Assembly (NCBI GenBank): GCA_900320065.1
Contig: ONQV01000003.1
Location: 590-64,589, forward strand
Source: an uncultured Eubacteriales bacterium
GTDB taxonomy: Bacteria > Bacillota > Clostridia > Christensenellales > Borkfalkiaceae
DNA length: 64,000 nucleotides
Direction: 5' to 3'
Part shown: positions 55,650 to 64,000 of the stretch, one piece after another
Numbering within the stretch: position 1 is the first letter of the stretch
Layout of the letters: each line of letters begins with the position of its first letter
The notes under the pieces: model-generated
The model's database searches: none
Told to the model about the DNA's origin: nothing
Seen by the model: only the letters and a program-made list of their open reading frames with translations
Program-made: the position numbers and the translations under genes

Positions 55650-56327
55650 TTAAAGTGGTTTTTTCCTTATTTTTGCGTTGGCTCTCGGATATTCTTCCGG
55701 CGTTTTATTCTCTTTACTTATTACTATTATCGTTCTTAAATTGCCCGAAAGGTCTATTTTTTCCGTTTTTTCTAGCCTTCCGCCCAAAATTTTAACGGCG
55801 TTTTCGGCGTCTGAAATCTCTTTTTCCGCGTCGCCCTTATACGCAACAAATTTTCCGCCTTTTTTCACGAAAGGCAAACAGTATTCGCATAAAGCGGGAA
55901 GCGCCGCGACCGCCCGTGCGGTACAAAACTCAAATTTTTCACGGTAAAACTTATCGTGCGCAAGTTCTTCCGCACGACCGCAGATAACTTCCATGTTTTT
56001 TAACCCTAATTCTTTTATAAGTTCTCTTAAAAATTCGCACTTTTTACCCGTCGCTTCAAGTAAAGTCGCTTTAAGTTCGGGCTTTAATATTTTAATCGGT
56101 ACGGCGGGAAATCCCCCGCCCGATCCTACGTCTAAAAAATCACCGTTTATAAACTTTGCACCCGTTAAACTATCGACAAAATGTTTTAAGTAAACTTCGC
56201 TTTTTTCGGTTATTGCGGTGAGATTGAATTTTTCATTGTAAAAACTCAAAATTTCATAGTATTTTTCAAACAATTCGAGTTTTTCACCGTCTAAAAAAAA
56301 TCCCGCGTTTTTAAATAAATCAGTCAT
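55650..56327 (-). CDS. rsmG: 16S rRNA (guanine527-N7)-methyltransferase
   Basis: Start placed at MTDLFKN. FLDVGSGGGFPAVPIKI SAM motif. The promoter -10 ends 6 nt upstream. Confidence 0.88.
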   Translation of the reverse strand: MTDLFKNAGFFLDGEKLELFEKYYEILSFYNEKFNLTAITEKSEVYLKHFVDSLTGAKFINGDFLDVGSGGGFPAVPIKILKPELKATLLEATGKKCEFLRELIKELGLKNMEVICGRAEELAHDKFYREKFEFCTARAVAALPALCEYCLPFVKKGGKFVAYKGDAEKEISDAENAVKILGGRLEKTEKIDLSGNLRTIIVISKENKTPEEYPRANAKIRKKPL

Positions 56328-56333
56328 ATAAAA

Positions 56334-56362
56334 AGTATAACACAAAACTCTGTTATTAACAA
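56334..56362 (-). promoter_or_regulatory. rsmG promoter (predicts a leaderless mRNA)
   Basis: Minus strand TTGTTA-17 nt-TATACT with TGT. The predicted +1 coincides with the A of ATG 56327. Confidence 0.55.
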
Positions 56363-56787
56363 ATAAATTTTTATCAACTTTGAAATATCAACGTTGTTTA
56401 TTATTAGGTTGATAACCTTTTAAAAACTTTTTTTTAAGACAGTAATCATACTTAAAAATTTTTTCAAATCTCGTTGATTATTAACGTCTTAACTTTCCGT
56501 AAAAACTTATTACGTATTTATCAACGCGTTATCAACCGCTAAAACGCTTTTTATTCGCGCCGTTTTTTTACGTTATCAACTTTTCAACCGAACATATTAT
56601 TTAATACGGATATTTTAAAACTTTTAATAAAAAAATAAACTTACATACTACAAAAAAATCGGTCTGTAAAAAATTAAAAGGGATGCGGATAAATTCTTGA
56701 TTTTTATCGCGATATAGTATATAATGATTAAGTATTATTTAAATATTCAGGTTAAAAAACAATAACGTTTATTTTTGGAGAAAATTT
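56346..56787. other. Probable chromosomal replication origin (oriC): DnaA-box-like repeat cluster plus AT-rich tract
   Basis: TTATCAAC at 56371, 56518, 56529, 56573 (plus) and 56408 (minus). One-mismatch copies at 56353, 56385, 56473. An AT-rich stretch spans 56595-56660. Flanked by rsmG and dnaN, and gene orientation switches here. Confidence 0.65.
56697..56725 (+). promoter_or_regulatory. dnaN promoter
   Basis: TTGATT-17 nt-TATAAT. Confidence 0.6.
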
Positions 56788-57888
56788 ATGAAACTTATTT
56801 GCGACGGGCTCGATTTATCCGACGCCGTACTTAAAGTAAGCAAAGCGCTATCAAGTAAAGCCGCTAATCCAGTCTTAGAAGGAATTAAAATTTCCGCTAA
56901 AAACGACAGTTTAATTTTAACTGCTACCGATACGGAACTCACTATCGAAAAAACGATAAAAGCAGACGTTTTAATGGAAGGAGAAACGGTAGTCGTCGGA
57001 AAATATTTCGTAGACTTTACTAAAAAACTCGAAAAGGAACAAGTGGAACTTTCCTGTCTTTACGACGGACAGTTACAGATAAAATATTCCGATTCCGAAA
57101 GCGAATTACAGGTTTATCCAGTAGAGAATTTTCCCGTTATAAAAAAAGGCGAAGAAGAAAATTATTTTGAAATAAGTCCCGCGGAATTTAAGGATTTCGT
57201 TGAAAAAACGGTTTTATCCTGTTCTAACGACGATTCCCGCCCTATCTTAAAAGGCGTTTTATTAGAAGTAACAGAAAATTCGCTTACGGGCGTAGCGCTC
57301 GACGGATTCCGTATGAGCGTTATAAAGAAGGAAATAAAAGCGGGCGGAAATTTTAAGGCGGTTATCCCCGCAAGGACGCTTCTCGAAATCACGCGTTTAA
57401 TAGAAAAAGACGAAGGAACGCTTAAAATTTACATTCAGAAAAATTCACTCTTTTTACAGGTGGACGGCACGGTTATAGTTTCTAGGCTTATCGAAGGAGA
57501 ATTCGTTAAATATAACCATATTCTGCCGACGAATTTTTCTAATACTTTGACCGTGGAAAAAGAAGCGCTGCTTAACAGTTTGGAACGCGCGACGATCGTC
57601 GCTAAAAACGACAGATATAACGTCGTAAGATTCGATATAAAAGAAAACGTTATGACCGTCAGCGCGAAATCAGAAGTCGGCTTCGTCAACGAAAACGTAA
57701 ATATAAATCTCGAAGGCAAGGACATGATCATTGCTTTCAACGGTAAATTTTTGAGCGAATATTTAAGGATAATAAAGGACGAATTTATAAAATTCAATCT
57801 TAATTCGTCGATCGACCCCTGCGTTTTAACTCCCGCGGGAAAAGACGACTTTATTTATCTCGTTCTTCCCGTCAGTATAAACGTGTAA
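56788..57888 (+). CDS. dnaN: DNA polymerase III beta sliding clamp
   Basis: 366 aa. Three-domain clamp pattern, LEGIKISA, DGFRM. SD GGAG. Confidence 0.93.
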   Translation: MKLICDGLDLSDAVLKVSKALSSKAANPVLEGIKISAKNDSLILTATDTELTIEKTIKADVLMEGETVVVGKYFVDFTKKLEKEQVELSCLYDGQLQIKYSDSESELQVYPVENFPVIKKGEEENYFEISPAEFKDFVEKTVLSCSNDDSRPILKGVLLEVTENSLTGVALDGFRMSVIKKEIKAGGNFKAVIPARTLLEITRLIEKDEGTLKIYIQKNSLFLQVDGTVIVSRLIEGEFVKYNHILPTNFSNTLTVEKEALLNSLERATIVAKNDRYNVVRFDIKENVMTVSAKSEVGFVNENVNINLEGKDMIIAFNGKFLSEYLRIIKDEFIKFNLNSSIDPCVLTPAGKDDFIYLVLPVSINV

Positions 57889-57893
57889 AACGA

Positions 57894-57922
57894 TTGACAA
57901 AAACGGTAAATATTTATAGAAT
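57894..57922 (+). promoter_or_regulatory. rpmH operon promoter
   Basis: TTGACA-17 nt-TAGAAT. Confidence 0.6.
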
Positions 57923-57962
57923 AGTAAATACGTGAAATTAAACCCATATAGGAGAAAATAAA

Positions 57963-58097
57963 ATGAAACAGACTTACCAACCCAAGAAAAGACAGAGAAG
58001 TAAAGTGCACGGGTTCAGAAAGAGAATGAAAAGTAAATCCGGCAGAAACGTTTTAAAGCGTCGTCGCAACAAGGGTCGTCATAATCTTTCCGCTTAA
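57963..58097 (+). CDS. rpmH: 50S ribosomal protein L34 (44 aa; not in ORF track)
   Basis: Hand translation: [51 protein letters not shown]. Confidence 0.95.
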   Translation: MKQTYQPKKRQRSKVHGFRKRMKSKSGRNVLKRRRNKGRHNLSA

Positions 58098-58120
58098 AAA
58101 AATAAGCGGGCAGGGTTAAG

Positions 58121-58462
58121 ATGGCTTTTGATTACAGGTTAAAAAAAGAAAAAGATTTCGACAGAGTTTTTAAAGAAGGTAAAAGATTATTTTCGGGCTC
58201 TCTTACACTCGTGTATTTACCTTCTAAGGAATTGAAAGTGGGCTTTGCCGTGGGCAAAAAACACGGCGGGAGCGTAATAAGAAACCGTATCAAAAGACTA
58301 CTTCGGGAATCTTTCAGAAGTTTTTCACCTGAAAAAATGAAAAACTTCTTTTTTGTTTTTATACCTAAAATAAAAGACGAATATGATTATCACGTTTTTT
58401 CGAAAGATATGGAATATCTTTTGAAAAAGGGGAATTTTTTTAAAGATAACCGACCATGTTGA
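58121..58462 (+). CDS. rnpA: RNase P protein component
   Basis: 113 aa. GFAVGKKHGGSVIRNRIKRLLRE (RNR motif). Follows rpmH. Confidence 0.92.
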   Translation: MAFDYRLKKEKDFDRVFKEGKRLFSGSLTLVYLPSKELKVGFAVGKKHGGSVIRNRIKRLLRESFRSFSPEKMKNFFFVFIPKIKDEYDYHVFSKDMEYLLKKGNFFKDNRPC

Positions 58463-58689
58463 AATTTTTAAGCGTTCGCCTTATAAAATTTTATCAGAAA
58501 TACCTGTCTTTCGGTAATTGCAGATACGTTCCTTCCTGCTCCGAATATATGCTGGAAGCGATCTTAAAACACGGCTTTTTTATCGGCTTATGCCTTGGGG
58601 TTTGGCGCATTTTAAGGTGCAATCCTTGGAGTCGCGGGGGCTTTGATAAAGTTCCCGACAAAAAAAGCGTTGTTAAATGGGTGTATTAA
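58456..58689 (+). CDS. yidD: Membrane protein insertion efficiency factor
   Basis: 77 aa. CRYVPSCSEY...RCNPW motif. Confidence 0.9.
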   Translation: MLKFLSVRLIKFYQKYLSFGNCRYVPSCSEYMLEAILKHGFFIGLCLGVWRILRCNPWSRGGFDKVPDKKSVVKWVY

Positions 58690-60051
58690 ATGAGTATTTT
58701 GAATATTTCGTCGGTCGCGGCGAGCGTTATTCTGTTTACGCTGTTACTTAAACTCGTTACCTTGCCTTTCGATTTTATGTCGCGATTTTCCATGCGTAAA
58801 AATTCCATTAAAATGGAACAGATGCGACCGGAACTCGAAAAACTTCAACAACAGTACGCAAACGACAAGGCGCTTTACAACCAGAAAATGATGGCGCTTT
58901 ATAAAAAGAACGGCTATTCTATGTTCGGCGCGTGTTTACCCACTATCATTACGCTCGTTATTTTTATTATCGCGATATCGGGTTTCAACGCGTATTCGAG
59001 TTGGCAGAATAAAAAGTATTTCTACGATATGAGTATCGCGTACAACAACGTTTTGTACGCGGGGCTGGAAATAGACGGCGAATATATTTATGTTGACGAA
59101 GATGGCGAGATAAGGGTAAACGACGCTAAAATTCTGGCGGCGGACGCATCCGCTTTCAACGATACGAATATCGTTGTTACCGACAAATCCGCGACGGGAT
59201 TTAAACTTAAAACGACGAACGGATATATTACTTACGTTTATTCAGACGGTAAGAAATCTTTTACTGATATTGATTTAAGCAAAACCGCTATAAATACCGA
59301 ATATAATAATGGGCTGGTAAACGCAGACAATAAGACCTTTGCGGAAGCGCAGGCGGACGACGCCGAACTTACCGCCGAAGCGTTTTTGTCGGACGTGTGT
59401 TCTTACCGCGCGGCGGAAACGTTTAAGGGTAACGGCGCTAAATTCTTATGGGTCAAAAACATCTGGGTTACCGACAGCCCCACAAAACACCCCGTTGAAA
59501 AAGAGTGGGAAACCTTTTGCAAAACATACGGGTATGATATACAATACAGCACGATGACAGCCGACGATTACGGTAAACTTATCGCGGGGCTTACGGACGA
59601 ACAGTCCGCCCCGAACGGGTACTTTATTCTCGTTGCGCTGACCGCACTCTCTTCCCTTTTGATGCAGTTCGTTATGGGTAAAAGCCAGAAAGCGCAGATG
59701 GAACTTCAAACGGTGGACGGGCAGGGCGCGCAAACGCAGAAGATAATGACGTGGATGATGCCGATAATGATGGCGGTATTCGCGTTTATTTACACGGCGG
59801 CGTTCTCGCTGTATATCATTATAAGTTCGGTAATAAGTCTTCTGACCACGCTTTTGATAAACTTTATTGCGGACAGAAAATTCAAGCCGAAAGAAACGGG
59901 CGACGCGGATGTTATACGCGGCAGAGTGTATATTCCCCCGAAAAAGGAAGAAGAACCCGCTAAAAAGAAAAAGAAGGACAAGACCGCGGAAGACGGGTTT
60001 TTATCGGGACTTGCCGATAAAAAGAAACACCCGCGCGGCAGATTGAAATAG
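58690..60051 (+). CDS. yidC: YidC/Oxa1-family membrane insertase with a large extracytoplasmic insertion
   Basis: 453 aa. TM1, a coiled-coil (MRPELEKLQQQY), TM2, a ~210-aa soluble insert containing the FLWVKNIWVTDSP motif, 3 C-terminal TMs, and a basic tail. Confidence 0.85.
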   Translation: MSILNISSVAASVILFTLLLKLVTLPFDFMSRFSMRKNSIKMEQMRPELEKLQQQYANDKALYNQKMMALYKKNGYSMFGACLPTIITLVIFIIAISGFNAYSSWQNKKYFYDMSIAYNNVLYAGLEIDGEYIYVDEDGEIRVNDAKILAADASAFNDTNIVVTDKSATGFKLKTTNGYITYVYSDGKKSFTDIDLSKTAINTEYNNGLVNADNKTFAEAQADDAELTAEAFLSDVCSYRAAETFKGNGAKFLWVKNIWVTDSPTKHPVEKEWETFCKTYGYDIQYSTMTADDYGKLIAGLTDEQSAPNGYFILVALTALSSLLMQFVMGKSQKAQMELQTVDGQGAQTQKIMTWMMPIMMAVFAFIYTAAFSLYIIISSVISLLTTLLINFIADRKFKPKETGDADVIRGRVYIPPKKEEEPAKKKKKDKTAEDGFLSGLADKKKHPRGRLK

Positions 60052-60089
60052 AATAATATAACGCCTTTCGGCGTTCAAGGAGAGATATA

Positions 60090-60980
60090 ATGGAATTTAC
60101 AGGCAAAACGGTGGAAGAAGCCAAGGAAAAGGGGCTTAACGAGTTGGGGATTTCCGAAGCGGAAGCGGAAATAACGGTAGTTTCGGAAGCGGTAAAGGGG
60201 CTTTTCGGAAAAGTAAAGAAAGAAGCGGTAGTCGACGTAAAGAAGAAGGAAGTAAAAGCAGTAAAAGCGGAAAAATCAACGCCGAAAACAAAACCCGCAA
60301 CTAAAAAAGCCGAAGGAACTTCGGGAACGGACGCGGCGGCAAAGTTTATAGAAAAACTGCTCGGCATTATGAAAATAACCGCGACGGTCGAAGTAAAGGA
60401 CGAAAATAAAATCACGCTGGTCGCAGAAGATTCTTCGTCGGTAATAGGATATCGCGGCGAAGTGCTTGACGCGATACAGGTTCTTTCGGGCGCGGTTGCG
60501 AATATCGGCAATAAAGAATACAAGAAAGTGGTGGTCGACTGTGAAAACTATCGCGACAGACGTGAAGAAACTCTTATCGCACTCGCGCATAAACTCGAAG
60601 GTAAAGCGACGGATATGAGAAGAAAGGTTATTTTAGAACCTATGAGTCCGTTTGAAAGAAGAATAATCCACACCGCGCTTGCGGAGAGTGAAACGGTAAA
60701 GACCGAGAGCGAAGGCAAAGAACCGGCAAGATACGTCGTGATCGTGCCGAACGACCTTGACGAAGACGCAAGACCTTATAACGCGGGTTCGCACCACGGC
60801 AGGAACGGAAGAGACGGAAGGAACGGCGGCAGAAGAAACGATAAGAGAGGCGGCGGCAGGGATTTCAAAGGTCGCGGCGGACGCGGCGGTTCACGCGGGA
60901 GCGGATTTACCGAAGAGAAGAGAAAAGCGCCGTCGGGATTCGGGACTTATCTCGGAAACAGTTTGAAAGATAAAAATTAA
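60090..60980 (+). CDS. khpB: Jag/KhpB RNA-binding protein (Jag_N + KH + R3H) with a C-terminal RG-rich tail
   Basis: 296 aa. MEFTGKTVEEA Jag_N, VIGYRGEVLDAIQ KH motif, FERRIIH R3H motif, then a ~75-aa Arg/Gly-rich extension. Confidence 0.88.
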   Translation: MEFTGKTVEEAKEKGLNELGISEAEAEITVVSEAVKGLFGKVKKEAVVDVKKKEVKAVKAEKSTPKTKPATKKAEGTSGTDAAAKFIEKLLGIMKITATVEVKDENKITLVAEDSSSVIGYRGEVLDAIQVLSGAVANIGNKEYKKVVVDCENYRDRREETLIALAHKLEGKATDMRRKVILEPMSPFERRIIHTALAESETVKTESEGKEPARYVVIVPNDLDEDARPYNAGSHHGRNGRDGRNGGRRNDKRGGGRDFKGRGGRGGSRGSGFTEEKRKAPSGFGTYLGNSLKDKN

Positions 60981-60986
60981 CGGTAC

Positions 60987-61028
60987 TTTTGCCCGCGAAC
61001 GCGTTAAAATCTGCATTCGCGGGCAAAA
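60987..61028 (+). terminator. jag terminator-like hairpin
   Basis: TTTTGCCCGCGAA-16 nt-TTCGCGGGCAAAA. There is no strong U-tract. Confidence 0.5.
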
Positions 61029-61068
61029 CCTATGAAAAAACGGGACTTCCCGCGTTTTATCGATAAAG

Positions 61069-62817
61069 GTGAAAACAATGAAACAACTTATGATAGGCAA
61101 CCGCGCCGTCGCGCGCGGACTTTACGACGGCGGAATTAAATTCATGTCGTCTTACCCCGGCACTCCGTCCACGGAAATTACCGAGTTTATCGCAAAATAC
61201 GATAATGTAAAATCCGAGTGGGCGCCCAACGAGAAAGTGGGTATGGAAGCGGCTTTCGGGGCGTCGCTCGCGGGCGTTCGTTCCGCGTGCGCTATGAAAC
61301 ACGTGGGATTAAACGTCGCCGCCGATCCCCTGTTCACCATGTCCTATACGGGCGTAAACGGCGGGCTGGTTATTTGCGTGGCGGACGATCCCGCAATGCA
61401 CTCTTCACAGAACGAACAGGATTCCCGCCACTACGCGATAGCCGCGAAAGTGCCGATGTTAGAACCGTCCGATTCGCAGGAAGCATACGATTTTGCAAAA
61501 GCGGCGTTCGACCTTTCGGAAAAATTCGATACGCCCGTAATTTTACGTATGTGTACGAGAGTCGCGCACAGTCAATCGCTCGTAACCGCGGGCGAACGCG
61601 CGGAAATTCCCGATAAACCCTATTGTAAAAACGGCGCGAAATACATAATGGTCCCCGCGAACGCAATAAAGCGCCACGTAGTCGTGGAAGAAAGAACGAA
61701 ACTTCTACGTGAATTTGCGGAAAACTGCCCATTTAACCGTGTTGAAATGGGCGGCAAGGAAATAGGAATAATCACTTCGGGGACTTCCTATCAGTACGTT
61801 AAGGAAGTTTTCGGCGATACGGTAAGCGTGCTTAAAATAGGTATGCCGAACCCCCTGCCCGTAAAACTTATCAAAGATTTTGCGGCGTCTGTCGACAAAC
61901 TTTACGTTATAGAAGAATTAGATCCGATAATCGAAACGCATTGCAGAAATTTAGGACTTAATCCCATAGGAAAAGAACTCTTTTCCCCGCTCGGCGAATA
62001 TTCGCAGGAAATAATCGCGAAAGCCTTTGATCTTCCCGCAAAACCGTTCGTAAAAGCGGACACGGTCGCACCCGCGAGACCGCCTATGCTCTGCGCGGGC
62101 TGTCCGCACCGCGGAATTTACTATACGCTCGCTAAAAACAAAGTTACCGTTATCGGCGATATCGGTTGTTACACCTTGGGCGCGCAGCCGCCCCTTTGCG
62201 CGGTAGATTCCACCCTTTGTATGGGCGCGTCGGTTTCGGGTATTCACGGCTTTTTGAAAGCGAACGAAAGCGCGGCGGGAAAAACCGTCGCGGTTATCGG
62301 CGATTCGACCTTTATGCACTCGGGGATAACGGGGCTCGTCAATATCGCCTACAACGGTTCGGATTCGACCGTGATAATTCTCGACAACTCCATAACGGGT
62401 ATGACGGGACACCAGCAGAACCCGACTACGGGCTTTAATATCAAGGGCGACCCCGCAGGCAAAGTGGACTTAGAAGCCCTGTGCCGTTCTATCGGCATTA
62501 AACGCGTGCGCGTCGTCGATCCGTACGACCTTAAAGCGTGCGACACGGCCGTAAAAGAAGAACTTGCGGCGAAAGAACCTTCGGTCATCATTTCAAGGCG
62601 TCCGTGCGTACTGTTAAAGTACGTTAAGACCAACCCGCCGCTTTTAATAAACAGAGAAAAGTGCCGCGCGTGCAAGAAATGTCTGTCGCTCGGCTGTCCC
62701 GCTATTTCATTTAAAGAAGGCAAGGCGCATATAGACTTTACGCTTTGCGTAGGTTGCGGGGTGTGCGAAGGGCTTTGCCCCTTCGGCGCGATTGAAAACG
62801 GGGGTGAAAAACAATGA
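61069..62817 (+). CDS. iorA: Indolepyruvate:ferredoxin oxidoreductase alpha subunit
   Basis: 582 aa. N-terminal pyrimidine-binding domain, TPP motif GDSTFMHSG, and a C-terminal 2x[4Fe-4S] domain (CRACKKC...CVGCGVCEGLCP). Confidence 0.88.
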   Translation: MKTMKQLMIGNRAVARGLYDGGIKFMSSYPGTPSTEITEFIAKYDNVKSEWAPNEKVGMEAAFGASLAGVRSACAMKHVGLNVAADPLFTMSYTGVNGGLVICVADDPAMHSSQNEQDSRHYAIAAKVPMLEPSDSQEAYDFAKAAFDLSEKFDTPVILRMCTRVAHSQSLVTAGERAEIPDKPYCKNGAKYIMVPANAIKRHVVVEERTKLLREFAENCPFNRVEMGGKEIGIITSGTSYQYVKEVFGDTVSVLKIGMPNPLPVKLIKDFAASVDKLYVIEELDPIIETHCRNLGLNPIGKELFSPLGEYSQEIIAKAFDLPAKPFVKADTVAPARPPMLCAGCPHRGIYYTLAKNKVTVIGDIGCYTLGAQPPLCAVDSTLCMGASVSGIHGFLKANESAAGKTVAVIGDSTFMHSGITGLVNIAYNGSDSTVIILDNSITGMTGHQQNPTTGFNIKGDPAGKVDLEALCRSIGIKRVRVVDPYDLKACDTAVKEELAAKEPSVIISRRPCVLLKYVKTNPPLLINREKCRACKKCLSLGCPAISFKEGKAHIDFTLCVGCGVCEGLCPFGAIENGGEKQ

Positions 62818-63383
62818 CGAAAAGCGTTATGATAGTAGGCGTAGGCGGACAGGGAACGCTTCTCGCCAGCAAACTTTTAGGCGCGGTTTTGACCGAAGAA
62901 GGTTACGACGTTAAAGTTTCCGAAGTGCACGGCATGAGTCAGCGCGGCGGTAGCGTCGTTACTTACGTTCGTTTCGGGGAAAAAGTATATTCGCCCATTA
63001 TCACCGAAGGCGAAGCGGACTACCTTTTAGCGTTTGAAAAACTCGAAGCGGCGCGTTTTGCGTCCTATCTTAAAATCGGCGGCGAAATAATCGTCAACAC
63101 GCAGGAAATAGACCCGATGCCGGTAATTATCGGTTCGGCGACCTATCCAACGGAAATTTTAAATGAACTTAAAGCGAAAGGCGTTAAGATAGACGAAACG
63201 GACGCGCTTAAAGTTGCCGAAAGCGCGGGCAGCGCGAAGGCGGTGAATATCGTGCTTTTATCGCGGTTTGCGAAAAAGTTTCCTATCCCCTACGAAAAGT
63301 GGATAGCGGCGATAGAAAAGACGGTCGCGCCGAAATTCGTAGAAATGAACAAGAAGGCGTTTGAACTCGGTTACAATCTTTAA
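62814..63383 (+). CDS. iorB: Indolepyruvate:ferredoxin oxidoreductase beta subunit
   Basis: 189 aa. IVGVGGQGTLLAS and EVHGMSQRGGSV motifs. Translationally coupled to iorA. Confidence 0.88.
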   Translation: MTKSVMIVGVGGQGTLLASKLLGAVLTEEGYDVKVSEVHGMSQRGGSVVTYVRFGEKVYSPIITEGEADYLLAFEKLEAARFASYLKIGGEIIVNTQEIDPMPVIIGSATYPTEILNELKAKGVKIDETDALKVAESAGSAKAVNIVLLSRFAKKFPIPYEKWIAAIEKTVAPKFVEMNKKAFELGYNL

Positions 63384-63403
63384 TCATACTCGGAGTAAAT
63401 TTT

Positions 63404-64000
63404 ATGGGACGTTACTATCAGAAAGAAATAGAAACCATGCCGGTTGAAGAAATCAGAAAACTGCAATCCGTAAAACTTGTAAAGCAGGTAAAACACGTTT
63501 ACGAAAACGTGCCTTATTATCGCGGGTTGATGGACAAAAAAGGCGTTCGCCCCGAAGACGTACACGGCATAGAAGATTTACGTAAACTTCCGTTTCTGTC
63601 GAAAAGCGATTTAAGGGAAACGTACCCATACGGAATGCTTGCCGTGCCGATTTCCGACTGCGTGAGAATACACTCTACTTCGGGAACGACGGGTAAGCGC
63701 GTTATCGCTTATTACACCCAACACGACGTTGACCTTTGGGAAGAGTGTTGCGCGCGCGCCATCGTTGCGGCGGGAGGCACGCGTGACGACGTGTTACAGG
63801 TCGCTTACGGCTACGGACTTTTTACGGGCGGCGCGGGACTGCACGGCGGTTCGCATAAAGTAGGGTGTCTTACCCTGCCCATGTCCAGCGGGAACACCGA
63901 AAGACAAATTCAGTTTATGATGGACTTAAAGTCCACGATTATTTGCTGTACCCCGTCTTACGCCGCGTATATCGGGGAAAGTCTTAAAGAACAGGGATAT
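63404..64000 (+). CDS. paaK: Phenylacetate-CoA ligase, 5' partial (runs off the right window edge; not in ORF track)
   Basis: Open frame from ATG 63404 (SD GGAG). YENVPYYR, LPFLSKSDLRETYPYG and HSTSGTTGK motifs. Confidence 0.85.
   Translation, partial: MGRYYQKEIETMPVEEIRKLQSVKLVKQVKHVYENVPYYRGLMDKKGVRPEDVHGIEDLRKLPFLSKSDLRETYPYGMLAVPISDCVRIHSTSGTTGKRVIAYYTQHDVDLWEECCARAIVAAGGTRDDVLQVAYGYGLFTGGAGLHGGSHKVGCLTLPMSSGNTERQIQFMMDLKSTIICCTPSYAAYIGESLKEQGY

Noticed and set aside
59960-60523. 187-aa minus-strand ORF
   Set aside because: It is antisense to the yidC 3' end and jag, and is a Ser/Thr/Phe-rich mirror-frame artefact.

Overview
Origin-proximal chromosomal segment of a moderate-GC Firmicutes/Clostridia-type anaerobe. 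Supporting evidence: a 16S 5' end at the left edge, and Firmicute synteny blocks tmk-holB-ricT...rsmI, ecfA1-ecfA2-ecfT-truA...rplM-rpsI, and rsmG | dnaN-rpmH-rnpA-yidD-yidC-jag. I call 62 protein genes, 1 partial rRNA and 1 tRNA, and almost all are housekeeping. Main blocks: (i) a 10-gene de novo purine operon (purE-C-F-M-N, purO-like, purH, glyA, purD, purL) behind a ZTP riboswitch; (ii) a guanine-riboswitch-controlled xpt plus BMP-family nucleoside ABC importer; (iii) nfnAB-fumC; (iv) PFOR; (v) ECF transporter module; (vi) an amino-acid ABC importer; (vii) indolepyruvate oxidoreductase plus PaaK. Four genes are missing from the supplied ORF track and were read directly from the DNA: a 56-aa 2x[4Fe-4S] ferredoxin, a 47-aa DUF1540-like Cys-rich protein, rpmH, and the 5' part of paaK. 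Several ORF-track starts are N-terminal over-extensions and were trimmed. I see no CRISPR array, transposase, integrase, phage genes or recognisable defence island, so I cannot point to an obvious new multi-gene system. The most unusual observations are: (1) a DnaA-box-like repeat cluster and gene-orientation switch directly upstream of dnaN, with no dnaA and with the rpmH operon co-directional after dnaN; (2) an rpsI whose universally conserved C-terminal tail is replaced, with remnants of the canonical tail visible in another frame; (3) a PurF homolog lacking the N-terminal nucleophile cysteine as the only purF in the pur operon; (4) an orphan consensus promoter plus terminator unit bracketing about 90 nt with no ORF (candidate sRNA); (5) four genes whose near-consensus promoters abut the ATG (predicted leaderless mRNAs). 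All functional calls rest on my reading of translated motifs and remembered family signatures; no database search was run.
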